Source: Mobula hypostoma
Lineage: Eukaryota
Assembly (NCBI RefSeq): GCF_963921235.1
Contig: NC_086097.1
Location: 31,994,001-32,058,000, forward strand
DNA: 64,000 bases
Direction of reading: 5' to 3'
Shown here: piece by piece, positions 13,348 to 25,490 of the stretch
Position numbering within the stretch: the stretch's first letter is position 1
Layout of the letters: every line of letters begins with the position of its first letter
Notes under the pieces: model-generated
Told to the model about the DNA's origin: nothing
Databases searched by the model: none
Seen by the model: only the letters and a program-made list of their open reading frames with translations
Position numbers and translations under genes: made by a program

Positions 13348-13554
13348 TGTAGCAGTTAGCACATTACAGCAACTGGTGATCAGGGCTTGCTTCCTGCTAC
13401 ATCTTGTGAGGAGTTTGTACATTCTTCCCATGGCCGTGTGGGTTTCCTCCCTCACTCCAAAGACGTACGCGTTAGGGTTAGTGAGTTGTGGCTGTGCTAT
13501 GTTGGCCCCTAAGTGTGACATCCATGGCATAGTAAATTTTAAATTGTCCCATTC

Positions 13555-16500
13555 AGACCTAGAGATTTAATCACTGTGGTGTATTTCTTACTCTTGTGGG
13601 ATAACGTCTTTCCTGACGAAGGGGGGTCACTGCTTGGTAGGAGGGACTTGCAGCTGTGAATCAATCTCAGTTTTTGGGGCCTCCTCTATGGTGGTTGTAA
13701 GAGTTGACCCTGGGTCTGCAGGAAGTGGTTCTGATGACTTTGAACATCTTTCTTCCGGATGTGTTGGCATCCACCACTGCTTGAATTTTCTCAGCACATT
13801 TGTGTAATCCTTGTGTGTCAATAGTGTGACCACAGTAAGTGATGCTTGGTTTGAAGAATTCACACTTGTTGCACCGTGCTCTGAGACCATAATCTTATAG
13901 TCTCTTTAACGCTGTCTTGAGATTTTGGAGGTGTTCCTTGTCATCTTTGATGTCGTTCAGGTAACACTGAGTGTCTGGGCAGCCCTGCAGCACCTGGACC
14001 ATTGATCTCTGCAAGAGTGCCGGTGCAGATGCTACTGTAGAAATAAACCTATTATAGTGATAAAGCCCTTTGTGAGTCCTTATGGTGAGAAACACTATGG
14101 AATCTTCTTCCATGTCCATCTGAATGTAGGCCTCAGTGATGGTGGCCTTAAAATCACCAGAGATCCTAACAGACCCATCTTTCTTGGCTACTGGGACCAC
14201 TGATGTTGCCCATGGGCCCCACTCAACCTTGGAAAGAATTTCTTCAGCCTCCATGCAGTCTAGCTCACTGGCTACTGTATCACAGATGGAATAAGGAACT
14301 GCCAGGCTTTGTAAAATGTGGGTGTGGCATTTTTATTTAGCATTATTTTATCCTATATATGTTGCGTTTTCCAATGCCATCCTTGAACATTGCTGCAGCA
14401 CAGGGGTGGCCAACCTATGGCACATGTGCCAAAAGTGGCGCATTGGATGACTAGAAGTGGCGCATGGCACCCCAGTGATGATAATAAAAAAGTAAGCCTG
14501 CTCATGCAAAAAGTATTAACCAAAAACTGACTTGTAGGAAAAAAATCTATAACAGGAATTCAAGTAGCTTCGAGCTAGAAATGAGTTTTACTGAGAATAA
14601 ATCTAAAACTTAGCAATTATTTTTAGCGATTTTATTATTTCATGCACATCTTTTGGTGAATATCATCTTCTTTCACATTAATCTGTTTTCAATTAAAGAA
14701 AATGTTCAATGAGTCAAACTAGGAAAGGACTTTTGTTCTGCAGTCATTCCATAACTGTTCAATACACGCTTGATACTTGTTTGATCCTGAGGCGCCAGGC
14801 GTCTGCACCAGCGGTGCATCGCAGGTTTTTGCCAGTCAGTTTACAATTGACACTCGCGCGCTATGGAGTTGTGGTTTGTTCGTCCTTTGTGAACATTTAC
14901 AGTTTTGTACTTTTTCGAAAATTAAGCCTTGTTTTTACATTCAATTACCCATCACAGTGCAATAGGAAAATGAACAAAAGAAAATCAGAAAGTGATGGTA
15001 AGTGTGAGTTCAATGAACAGTGGGAAAATGAGTTCTTATTTATAGGTCCATCAGGAAAACTGTTGTGCATTGTTTGTGAAAACACTTTCTCACATAATAG
15101 AAGACATGATCTTAATAGACACTATAAAACACAACATCAGACTGAAATAGAAGGAAAACTGAAGCTAGCTCTTGGGTCTGAGTTATGGAAAGAATATATG
15201 ATTAAGAAAAAGGAAGAAATCAAAAGAAGACAAAATATATGTGTTAAAAGTCTCATTAAGGTAAGTAATGCTTATCTTGTTTTTATATTATATCAATATA
15301 TCATGTAAAATGCTAAATATGTCTATATTAACATATTTTTACAAGAATTGAATGGAGGTACAATAGTTGTATGGCGCATCTGAACTCGTGCGTAAAAAAA
15401 TTGATGCATGGAATGTAAAAGGTTGGCCACCCCTGCTGCTGCATCATCTAGTACCTCTCTTAATTCTGTCTCAGTTGACTCAATTGCAGGAGCTCTGGAG
15501 CTAGGTCTCCAATCAAGTTGTAGTCATCTCAGTCACTCACAAGCCCACAATGCTGGCCCTCCTGTTTTTACCACATACAATCCCAATGTGGCTTCTTGGT
15601 TGGTCTATTTCACTGTTACGAAATTTATTCCCACAGGAGTGATCTTTTCTCCAGTATACTGCAAGTTCTTAGTTGGATACCTGCAGGCTTTAGTTCAGTA
15701 TCTTTAAAATGACTGAAGCAGCCGAGCCAGTGTCCAATTCCATTTTATTTGATTTGTTGTTCACTGCTGGTGTAGGCCATATTGCTTGTCTAGTGTTAGT
15801 TGTCACATTGTAAATCTCAAGGCTACTCAGTCCTGTGTTATTCTTATCATTATCAGATTTTTCATCAACAGCATTCAATTAGTGCTCCTTTTGAAACTAC
15901 AACTTGACTTTTATCTTTTTGTCCTCCCTGTGCAGTCCATTTCTTTTTGGCTATCCAACATGCTCTTTGTATGTGTCTTGCCTTGTTGCATTTTCTGCAA
16001 GTTTCACCTTTAAATCTACATCGGTCTGGAGTATATAAGCCCCTGCCACAATGGTAACACACATAAAATGCTGGAGAAACTCAGCAGGCCAGGCAGCATC
16101 TGTGGAAAAGAGTACAGTCAGCATTTAAGGCCTCCAGCATTTTGTATGTGTTGCTTGGATTTCCAGCATCTGAAGATTTTCTCTTGTTTGACAATGGGAA
16201 CACAATTTGTTTGGCCAGGCTGGTTTTATGTTCAAAGGTTGCAATTTTGTTCACGGTCATTTTCATTCTTGACTGTAACACAATTGTGTCTCTATTGATA
16301 CAGCTATTTCAACTGCTTTTTAAATACAAGTTGTGCTTCAGATAGGAGTTGTTTTTGAATGCTCTCTTGTAAGATTCTACAAACTAACTGATCTCTCAGT
16401 GCAAGTTTAAGCCCATCACTGAACTGAAAATGCTTAGACAATCTCTTCAACTCAGCCGTGTATCCTGAAATGATCCCCCTTCCTTTTGTTTCTGCCTATG

Positions 16501-17255
16501 AAACCTAAAGCATTATGCAATCAACAATGGTTTCAGTTCTAAATGTTCCTGAACTACTTTCACAATATCAGCATAGCTCATTTCGGTTGGAGCAGTTAAA
16601 TTTCTAAGCAAATTGTATGTCTTTAAACCTAACGCAGTCACCTTAACAAAACCGGCACTCATTTCTCATTGGCTTTTTCATTTGTTTCAAGATACAGATC
16701 AACATGCTCAGCATACATATTCCAGTTATCTCTTGTGCAATCGAATGTGTCTATCTTTCTGATGTAGCTAGCCATTTCTGCTTTTTTATTAATTTATAAT
16801 TATTATGACCAGGTACTTACACTTTATGAACCCATGAATTTGTATTCTGCCTTTTGTTTTTAACTCAACCATGTCTGTCCCTTCCCAAGGAAGAATATGC
16901 TGTGCTGTTTCTTCACCATTTCTCGCTGCACTTTTTTAAAAAACTCAAACATCTTACTGTACTTTTTTTTAAACTCAAATATCTCGCCCCGCTTCAACAG
17001 GTAGATAGTTGTCTCAGATTCATTTAAAACTTCCTTGTCACCACTGTTATGTTTGTAACTCCAAAGCATAGAACTGATTGAAAGGAAAACACAGAGCCGG
17101 GTATAACATGTCTCATTTTGTTTTTACTTCAAGTGAGGTGTGCCATTCATGTAGTTGTACATATAACCGATAATTAATTATTTAAATGAACAGGAATGGT
17201 AAACAATATATTTGCAATATTACTCAAATACTACTGAAATATTAAATACACAGCA
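13555..17255 (-). mobile_element. Degenerate, internally deleted Gypsy-like LTR retrotransposon
   Basis: Minus ORFs show a gag zinc knuckle (CYHCGRG), protease (MELDTGSA) and RT (WATSVVPVAKKDGSVRISGDFK, QCYLNDI). LTR-like block ~17045-17255 is shared with 31491-31703 and followed by a TGGTGAC PBS-like motif. Confidence 0.82.
14401..15435 (+). mobile_element. Non-autonomous hAT (Charlie/SPIN-like) DNA transposon
   Basis: Perfect TIR CAGGGGTGGCCAACCT...AGGTTGGCCACCCCTG. 8-bp TSD CTGCAGCA/CTGCTGCA (one mismatch). Transposase N-terminal zinc-finger remnant FNEQWENEFLF..LLCIVC..NRHYKTQH. Confidence 0.9.
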
Positions 17256-17609
17256 AAGAACCTTCTGTCCATCAGAGCCAACCCCTTGTTTTGTGACCAC
17301 ACCCCCCAACTCTAGACTCCTTATTCCTAGAACTTCTTCGGTGAAACTACTCTGTCGGACATCATAAGCACCTGCCCAACCCACCTAGCTGGTCACTGTG
17401 TCTCTGCAGCCCATAATCTCCATCGTCTGTTCTGCCTTCACCCTGCTTTTCCTGATTCATCCTTGTTCCTGCCCTCTGGTTCCTTATCCACTCACAACAT
17501 TTTCCAGCAAGTTGGGCAGGTCTGACAGAGATGCTGAGAAAAGATGGGTGGAGGGTTGGTTCAGTAACAGGGGAGGTGGATTGACCGAGTAAAGAACATT
17601 TGATTGTGG

Positions 17610-18460
17610 TTTAAGATGGCAGTGGTGAGACACAGTGATGCCTTAGTGGCAGCAAATAGATCTACTATCTACTCTATTAATCACACTTCTTATGAACAAT
17701 GATTAGTGGAAGCAATAGACTGTAACATCCCTTCCAGAGTTGTGCTTTTGAACTGCCTGTACGACCTGGTATTTTTGCGGTGTTCTGGAGGGCTCAGTGA
17801 GCCAGAGTCTCGAAGGTGCAGTGTGTCATCCCGGGTCGGAGAGCGAGGAATGAGCTCATCTTTGCCCATTGCTGGAGCGGGCTTGCAGCCGAATCAAAGC
17901 ATCAGGACCCTGGCCCGTGAGCCAATTTAAGCGCCGAGCCATATTGAAGAGGTGGTTATGAGCCGAATCGAAGTGCTGGAGCCCAGGCCTGAACTTGAGG
18001 AACGAGCCAGTGTTTGGGCTTTTGCAGGAGTGGACTTGGAATAGAATTGGAGTGGCAGAGACTAGATCCAAGAGCAATGCACAAACCAATGTTTGACTGA
18101 CTTAAGCATCTGGGTCAGAGACGAGGGACGGGCCAGTGTTCATCTCACTGCGCTGAGGTTTTCTTATCTCTGTGCTGAGCTGAGGCGGTAGCCTGCAACT
18201 AATAGGCACCTGAACGGGCTGCCGCAAGAAGCTGACTTCATGGCTGTGGACTCACTTTCGTGAACTTTAGTTCTGAATGTCATTCGCTTACTTTTTATTG
18301 TTTGCACACGTTGTTCTTTTTATAGCACAGTGGGTGTTTGACAATCTTTTTTTTAATGAGTTCAGTGGAGTTTCTTCATTTTTGCGGTTGCCTGTCAGAA
18401 GATGAATTTCAAGGTTGCATATAGGAGACGTACTTTGATAATAAATATACTTGGAACTTT
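17610..18460 (+). repeat. Unclassified interspersed repeat
   Basis: Internal short repeats and a retroposon-like 3' end (GTACTTTGATAATAAAT...GAACTTT); family not assigned. Confidence 0.35.
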
Positions 18461-19199
18461 AGCCGTAGACAGTACAGCACGAGAATTGGCCTCTTGGCTC
18501 ACCGTGTCCATGCTGTCCATGATTCCGTTAAGCAAATTCATACCGCCTGCACGTGGTCATTATCCCTTCATTCTCTGCACATTCATGTGTCTGTCTAACA
18601 GCCTGGTAAATGCTATCATATCTTCCTCCACCACCACCAAGCATATTGCAGGCACTCACCACTCTCTGTACAGCTCCTTTTCACTTTCCCTTCTTACCCT
18701 ATGCCCTCTAGTGGATGACTTTTCCACTCTGAGAAAAAGACTCTGTCAACCCCTATCATGATTTCATAATCAGGTCTCCCCTCACCCTCCTCTGCTCCAG
18801 AGAAAACCACCAAAGTTTATCCAACCTCTCATTATAGCTGATGCTCTCTAATCCAGGCAGCATCCTGGTGAACCTCTTCTGCACCCTCTCCAAAGCCTCC
18901 ACATCCTTCCTGTAATGTGGTGGATGTGGATGAAGAAGGTGAGTTGGTCCGGATAGGACCATCACTGAGCCATGCATACAGTCCCTTTGGCCCATCGAGT
19001 CTGTACCAACCACCAACCACCCATTCTTGAGGATTCCATTTTAATTTCCCCACATTCCTATCGGCTACCCCTCGTCCACATACTGGGGGCAATTTACAGT
19101 GGCCAACTAACTTACTGACCCCAGGATGTGGGAGGGAACTGGAGCACGGAGAGCATGCAGACTCCACACGTGCCTTGGTTTCAGAGATATAGGAGATTT

Positions 19200-19785
19200 A
19201 GCAGACACTGGAGATCTTGAGCCATACACACAAAATACTGGAAGAACTCAGCAAGTCAGGCAGCATCCGTGGTGAGGAATAAACAGTCAACGACTTGGGC
19301 TGAGACCCTTCATCAGGATTGGAAAGGAGGGAAGAAGAAGCCAAAATAAGGGTGAGGGGTGGGGAGGAGTACAAACTGGGACGTGATAGGTGAGACCCAG
19401 TGAGGGGGAAGGCGGGTGGGTGGGGGAGGGAGGGAGGATGAACTGAGAAGCTGGGAGATGATAGGTAGAAGAGATAAGGGGCAGAAGAAGGTGGAATCTG
19501 ACAAGAGAAGGCAGCAGACCATGGAAGAGAGGAAAGGAGGAGGGGAACCAGAGGGAGATGACAGACAGAAAAGAAGTGAAAGGGTAACCAGAATGGGGAA
19601 TGGAAAAAGAGGGGGAGAGACTACTAGAAGTTAGAGCAATCGATAACTCCTTCCCCTGCTCCCAGCCTCTTATTCTGACTTCTACCCCCCTTCCTTTCCA
19701 GTCCTGATGTAGGTTCTTGGCCCAAATCATCCCCTCTATAGATGCTGCCTGATCTGCTGAGTTCCTCCAGCACTTCGTGTCTATC
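19200..19785. mobile_element. Penelope-type fragments in inverted arrangement
   Basis: Minus copy (CTGATGAAGGGTCTCAGCCC, ~19284-19321) with a purine-rich body, then a plus copy (CAGTCCTGATGTAGG...GATGCTGCCTGATCTGCTGAGTTCCTCCAGC, ~19699-19772). Confidence 0.6.
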
Positions 19786-20869
19786 ATTTGATATTGTGGA
19801 GCCCTTTCTGTGGTGTAGACGCACACACAGCACGGTCCCACAGCAAGCGGATGCTCCCAGGCAGCTTTGCCCTCTCTCTGCAGAAGTGATACTTGTTTTG
19901 TTGGAAGAACTTCTGCAGGCTCCTGGCTACTGATACATCTTGAATTCTGATGGTTCCAAAACTCTCATTAACTAACAGTCCGCACATCTGTTCAAGGGTT
20001 GTCAGCTGATTGTTATTAATGCACTTTGGGAAAAACAACTCTGCCGAAAATGGAACCGCTGGACGGCTGATTGGTGTTGAATCTGCTGTGGTTTATGTTG
20101 GCAAGAGGCTCGGTAACCAAAGAGCTTTCTACGAATACCCATTTAAAACATCGTAAATTCTGCAAGCTTTAACAACGTTATTTATCACCTCTGGTTTTCG
20201 GGCCAGGGAGGAGTTGTCCAACTAAAGGGGAGTCTCGCATTAGTGAGCTGAACATTTGCAGATGACATTAGCTCAGAAACACACTGATCCAGAGGGAGGG
20301 GGAGAGGGTTGGAGATGAGATGGAGACAGGTGAGAGACAGGAGGGAGATAGGAGAAAGGCTATGGGTGGAGGGGGAGAGCAATGATTGAGTCCCGGAAAA
20401 CGGAGAACTCCTACTTACTATACACTCCCTCACTCTGTCCCAGCTCCCCACATACTTCACCTCACATGTCTCCAAAATAGGACACAGAACAGAAACAGAT
20501 CGTTTGGCCCTCCATGTTGTTCCGAACTGATTGAACTCGTAATTAACTGCCTAACGAATTCCTTCTGTCCACACGTGTCCATATCCCTCCATTCTCTTCA
20601 CATTCGTGTGTCTGTCTAACAGCCTTTTAAACATCTCTATCATATCTCCCCCCTCCACCTCCCCCCCGCCCCCCGGCAGCACATACCAGGCACCCACCAC
20701 TCTCTGTGTAGCAAACTTGCCCCACACAAATCCTTTGAACCTACCCCATCTCACCTTAAATATCTACCCTCAAGTTTTGGGAATTTCGGTCTGGGAAAAA
20801 ATGCTGGCCATCTTTATGTGACTTAGATGAGGAGGTGGAAAGGTGAGTTAGTAAGTTTGCAGGTGACAT

Positions 20870-21440
20870 GAAGGTTGGTGGTGTTGTGGATGGTAGAGAG
20901 GTTGATAGTATTGTGGAGGATACAGAAGGTTGGTGGTGTTGGGCATGGTAGAAAAGTTGGTGGTGTTGGGGCGGGTACAGAAGGTTGATGGTGTTGTGGA
21001 TGGTAGAGAGGTTGGTGGTGTTTTGGATGTTACAGAAGATTGATGTTGTGGATGGTAGAGAGGTTGGTAGTGTTTTGGATGTTACAGAAGATTGGTGTTG
21101 TGGATGGTAGAGAGGTTGGTGGTGTTTTGGATGTTACAGAAGATTGATGTTGTGGATGGTAGAGAGGTTGATGGTGTTGGGGAGGGTACAGAAGATTGAT
21201 GGTGTTGTGCATGGTAGAGAGGTTGATGGTGTTTTGGATGTTACAGAAGATTGATGTTGTGGATGGTAGAGAGGTTGGTAGTGTTTTGGATGTTACAGAA
21301 GATTGGTGTTGTGGATGGTAGAGAGGTTGATGGTGTTGGGGAGGGTACAGAAGATTGATGGTGTTGTGGATGGTAGAGAGGTTGATGGTGTTTTGGATGT
21401 TACAGAAGATTGGTGTTGTGGATGGTCGAGAGGTTGATGG
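20870..21440 (+). repeat. ~27-bp minisatellite (alternating A/B units) derived from CR1 sequence
   Basis: GATGGTGTTGTGGATGGTAGAGAGGTT and GGTGTTTTGGATGTTACAGAAGATT units continue directly from a CR1 RT fragment at 20821-20890. Confidence 0.88.
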
Positions 21441-21564
21441 CTTTGGAGAGGGTCCAAAAGAGGTTCACAAGACTGACCCCAGGAATGAAAGAGTTAACAT
21501 ATGAGGAGTGTTTGATGGCTCTGGGCCTGTAATCACTGGAGTTTAGAGAAATGAGGGAGGATTT

Positions 21565-22092
21565 CATGCATGTACCATGGAGAGCATTCTGGCAGGCTGC
21601 ATCACTGTCTGGTACGGGGGGAGTGGGGCTACTGCACAGGACCGAAAGAAGCTGCAGAGGGTTGTAAATCTAGTCAACTCCATCTTGGGTATGAGCCTAC
21701 AAAGTAACCAGGACATCTTCAGGGAGCAGTGTCTCAGAAAGGCAGCACTCATTATTAAGGACCTCCGGCACCCAGGACATGCCCTTTCCTCACTGTTACA
21801 TCAGTAGGAGATACAGAAGCCTGAAGGCACACACTCAGCAATTCAGGAACAGCTTCTTCCCCTCTGCCATCCGTTTCCTAAATGGATATTGAACCTGTGA
21901 ACGCTACCTCACTTTTAAAATATATATTATTTCTGCTTTTTGAACAAATTTTAATCTATTCTATATATATACTGTAATTTACTTATTTATTTTTTTCTCA
22001 CTTCTTCTATGTCATGTATTGCATTGAACTGCTGCTGCTGTTGACAAATTTCACGACATATGCCGGTGATAATAAACCTGATTCTGATTCTG
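21565..22092 (+). mobile_element. Rex1/Babar-like LINE 3' fragment nested in a CR1 fragment
   Basis: ORF MESILAGCITVWYG..QDRKKLQRVV; (ATTCTG)n tail. The CR1 sequence stops at ~21564 and resumes at ~22092. Confidence 0.7.
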
Positions 22093-23074
22093 AAATCTAT
22101 CAGATATTGAAAAGCATAGATAGAGTGGATCTGGAAAGGACGTTTCCATTAATGGGAGAGTCTAGGACTAGAGGGCACAGCCTCAGGATAGGAGGTCATC
22201 CCTAGAACAGAGGTGACTGTTATTTATCCAGAGGGTATCGAATCTGTGAATTCATTGCCACAGATGGAGGTCAAGTAATCGTGTATATTTAAAGTGGAGG
22301 TTGATAGTTTCTTGATTAGTCAGGGTGTCAAAGGTTATGGGGAGAGGGCAGGGGAATGGGGTAGAGAGGGATAGTAAACCAGCCACGATGGAGTGGCAAA
22401 GCAGACTCAATGGACCAAATGGCCTCATTCTGCTCCTGTGTCTTATGGTCATCTGGAACATAAATGGGCAAGTCTCCAGGACGTGCTTGAAGGGAATTGC
22501 AATTATCATAGGAGGTTTTAATCTATGTATTGATTGGATGATCCAGACCGGCTGGGTATTGTGGGTGAACTTGTGGAGTATGTCAGAGATTGTTTTATTG
22601 AGCAGTACATGGCAGAGATTGGGATTTGGTCCTATGTAATGAGGAAGGGGTCTTGTGGTTAAGTATCTGTGTAAAACGCTGCCTGGGGTGGTGCTAAAGG
22701 CAGATACATTAGTGGAATTTGGGAGACCTTTAGACAGGCAAATGGACAATAGAAAAATGGAGGGCTATTTGGGAGGGAAGGGTTATTTTGATCTTGGAGT
22801 AGGTTAAAAGGCACAACACTGTGCCCCCCCCCCGCAAGAACCTATACTGTGATGAATTGTTCTATGTTTTAAAGGTCCCCTAAGGTGGATGAACCACAAT
22901 ATGACAACGTTGCAAATACAGTCTAAGGGCGTACACCACGGGTCAAGAACCAGAGTCCTCCCATTAAGTAAAAGCAGATATAATGGAGGGGGGCTGTAAT
23001 AGTCTCAGGTGGACTGGGGAAACAAGTTGAGAGACCAGTTTTGGGGACTAGAGAGAGATGGTCTACACAACTCA

Positions 23075-23620
23075 GCAAGAGTGCTGGAGGAATTCAGCAG
23101 GTCAGGCAGCATCTGAAGGGAGAAATAGTCAACGTTTCAGGTTGAGACCCTTCATCCGGACTAAAAGAAAGAGGGAGAATAGCCAGTGTAAAGGGGGAGG
23201 CGAAGGGATAGAAGAAGAGTTGACAGGTGATAGGTGGATCCAGGTGTGGAGAGGTGAAAGGCAGATGGAGGAGGGGAGAGTGGGAATAGCGACAGAGGCT
23301 GGGAGGTGATGGGTGGATCCAGGTGTGGAGTGGGTTATAAGCAAATGGAGGAGGAGAGGGTGGGAAAAATGGCAGACTGGGAAGTGATTGGTGGATCCAG
23401 GTGTGTAGAGGTGACAAGCAGATGGAGGAAAGGAGGGTGGAAATGGCAACAGGCTGGGAGGTGATGGATAGGTGATAGGCAGATAGAGGAGGGTAGGTGG
23501 GAATAGCGACAGGCTGGGAGACGATAGGTGGATCCACAAGTGGACAAGTGATAAGCAGATGGAGGAGAGGAGGGCGGCAATAGTGACAGGCTGGGGGGTG
23601 ATGAGTGAAGGTGTTAGAGG
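23075..23620 (-). mobile_element. Penelope-type fragment with hammerhead-like motif and purine-rich degenerate tandem region
   Basis: Minus 23126-23163 reads TAGTC-CGGATGA-AGG-GTCTCAA-CCT-GAAAC-GTT-GACTA. Repeated GGTGGATCCAGGTGTG...GCAGATGGAGGA units follow. Confidence 0.6.
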
Positions 23621-24937
23621 TCTGTCAGTGAAGGAGTGTGGTGGGAGAGAAATAAGGGAGGTGGGCTGGGCAGGTGGGAACAGTGGAAGGGGATCCAGTG
23701 GGCAGATAGAGTGGGTGAGGGAATGGAGAGTAACAGGTGGCACGAAGTGTAGCGGTCAGCATAATGTTTACAGCGCCAGCGATTGGGTTCAATTCTTGCA
23801 GCTGTATGTCAGGAGTTTGTATGTTCTCCCTGTGACCGCGTGGGGTTCCTCCCACATTCCAAAGGCATGCTGGTTAGGGTTATTAAATTGTGGGCATGCT
23901 ATGTTGGTGCTGGAAGCACGGGGGCACTCCAGGTTGGATTGGTCATTGACGTAAACGATGCATTTTACTGTATGTTTCAATGTGAATGTGACACATAAAG
24001 CTCGTTCCTCAGAAGGGAATGGACTTTGAGATGAAACATACAGGCTGTATAAAAGCAGACAGTAGGAGTTATTCGGGGAATATAAATATGAAGAAGGTTG
24101 CTATGGTAAATGTTGGGTCTCCAGAGGACGAGGATGTTGAATTAATAATAGCAGACAAGGAATCAGCAGATTTGGTGAATCATTCTTCATTGTGGAGGCC
24201 ATTGCTAACGTCTCTCGGTTTCAGACGGGCTAATTTCAAGTGACATGGCAAAACTTGCAAGAATCCCAGTTACAAGGGAGAAGGTACTGGAGAGAATTCA
24301 AGGGGCTAATGAAGAGAGACCTTAGTGAATGAGGTTCAGAGGGATCGAGGGGTTTCAGTGCAGTAAACACAAATGTCAGTGAAAGTAGTGAAGCAGGGAA
24401 CCGGCAACCTTAGGCCATGGCTGAAAGAAAAAGGGAGGGCTATGTGGGAGGGAGCAGATAGGTTGATCTTAAAGTACGTCAGAAGGTCAGCACAATATCT
24501 TGAGCCTGTACTGTGCTGTACTGTTCTATGCTCTATATTCTGTAGAAAAGTAGGTCCCAGTCCTAAGATAAAGCTGCTGGATACAGAGCGAGGGAGTTTT
24601 GGGAACCCTCGTGGGCTTGGTATCAGTATTTGTAGTGTCTCAGGGTCCGTGATTCCGGCACCCAGGGTCTGGCAGAGACCCGGCTTCCGGGCCCCACCGT
24701 GCATAGTGTGAGCAAGGGTGACTAGCTGTGGGTGCGAGTGCCTCACTAAATGAATGGGTCCCAGTTACTGTGTTCCAGTGCTCTGCCTGCCTCTGCTGTC
24801 TGGGTGTGCTCAACATCGTTATATACAACTCTGTGGTTCTCCCCCTAAATTGGGGCTGTTTTATAGTTTAGTTATTTTATTTATTTCAAGATACAGTCCA
24901 GAATAGGCCCTTCTGACCCTTCAAACCGTGCCACCAG

Positions 24938-25490
24938 TGTGGAAGACAAGGGTAGCCTGGAGCAGTTGTAGTCAAGCAAGATCTTTGAAGTTGGACCACT
25001 AAATATGCTTACTACAGACGAGATAGAGTATACTCAAGCCAAAATAGTGAGACTTTTCCGGAATGGTCTTCCTGAGGCATAGTCTCCCTTTACACAATGG
25101 GAGTGCCAGAGACCGATGAGAGAACAGTAACTGAGAGATATTAAACATACCCAACAACTAAGGCTCTGTTGTTTTCACTAACTTAAAAATATCATCGGCT
25201 GTCTGCTTGAAGTTTTAATTGATTTTAACATCTCTTTTGTGAATGGCTATTGATCTTGTGATTATGGAATTCAAACATATGCAATTTACTATGATCAATA
25301 TCCGTAACTGATAAGCCAATTTGGTATAAAAATAGTTTTCTATTCAGACTTCAGAACAGTGTGGGTGACAGGGGCCCATGCTGTTGTCCTTGCGCACAGT
25401 AAAATAAAAGGAATGCTTGCGTCGTAAGAGTGCACGTGTTCCAAGCCCAGGTATTTCATCTTATGATTGGTGATGACAATTTCTTCTATA
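24938..25490 (+). mobile_element. Solo LTR (553 bp)
   Basis: Termini TGTGGAAGA...TCTTCTATA (imperfect inverted repeat); 4-bp TSD CCAG at 24934-24937 and 25491-25494. CCAAT 25316, TATAAA 25325, AATAAA 25403. Splits a SINE-like repeat. Confidence 0.75.

Noticed and set aside
19784..20038. 84-aa minus-strand ORF in unique sequence
   Set aside because: Non-ATG start, no recognisable domain and no convincing splice structure.
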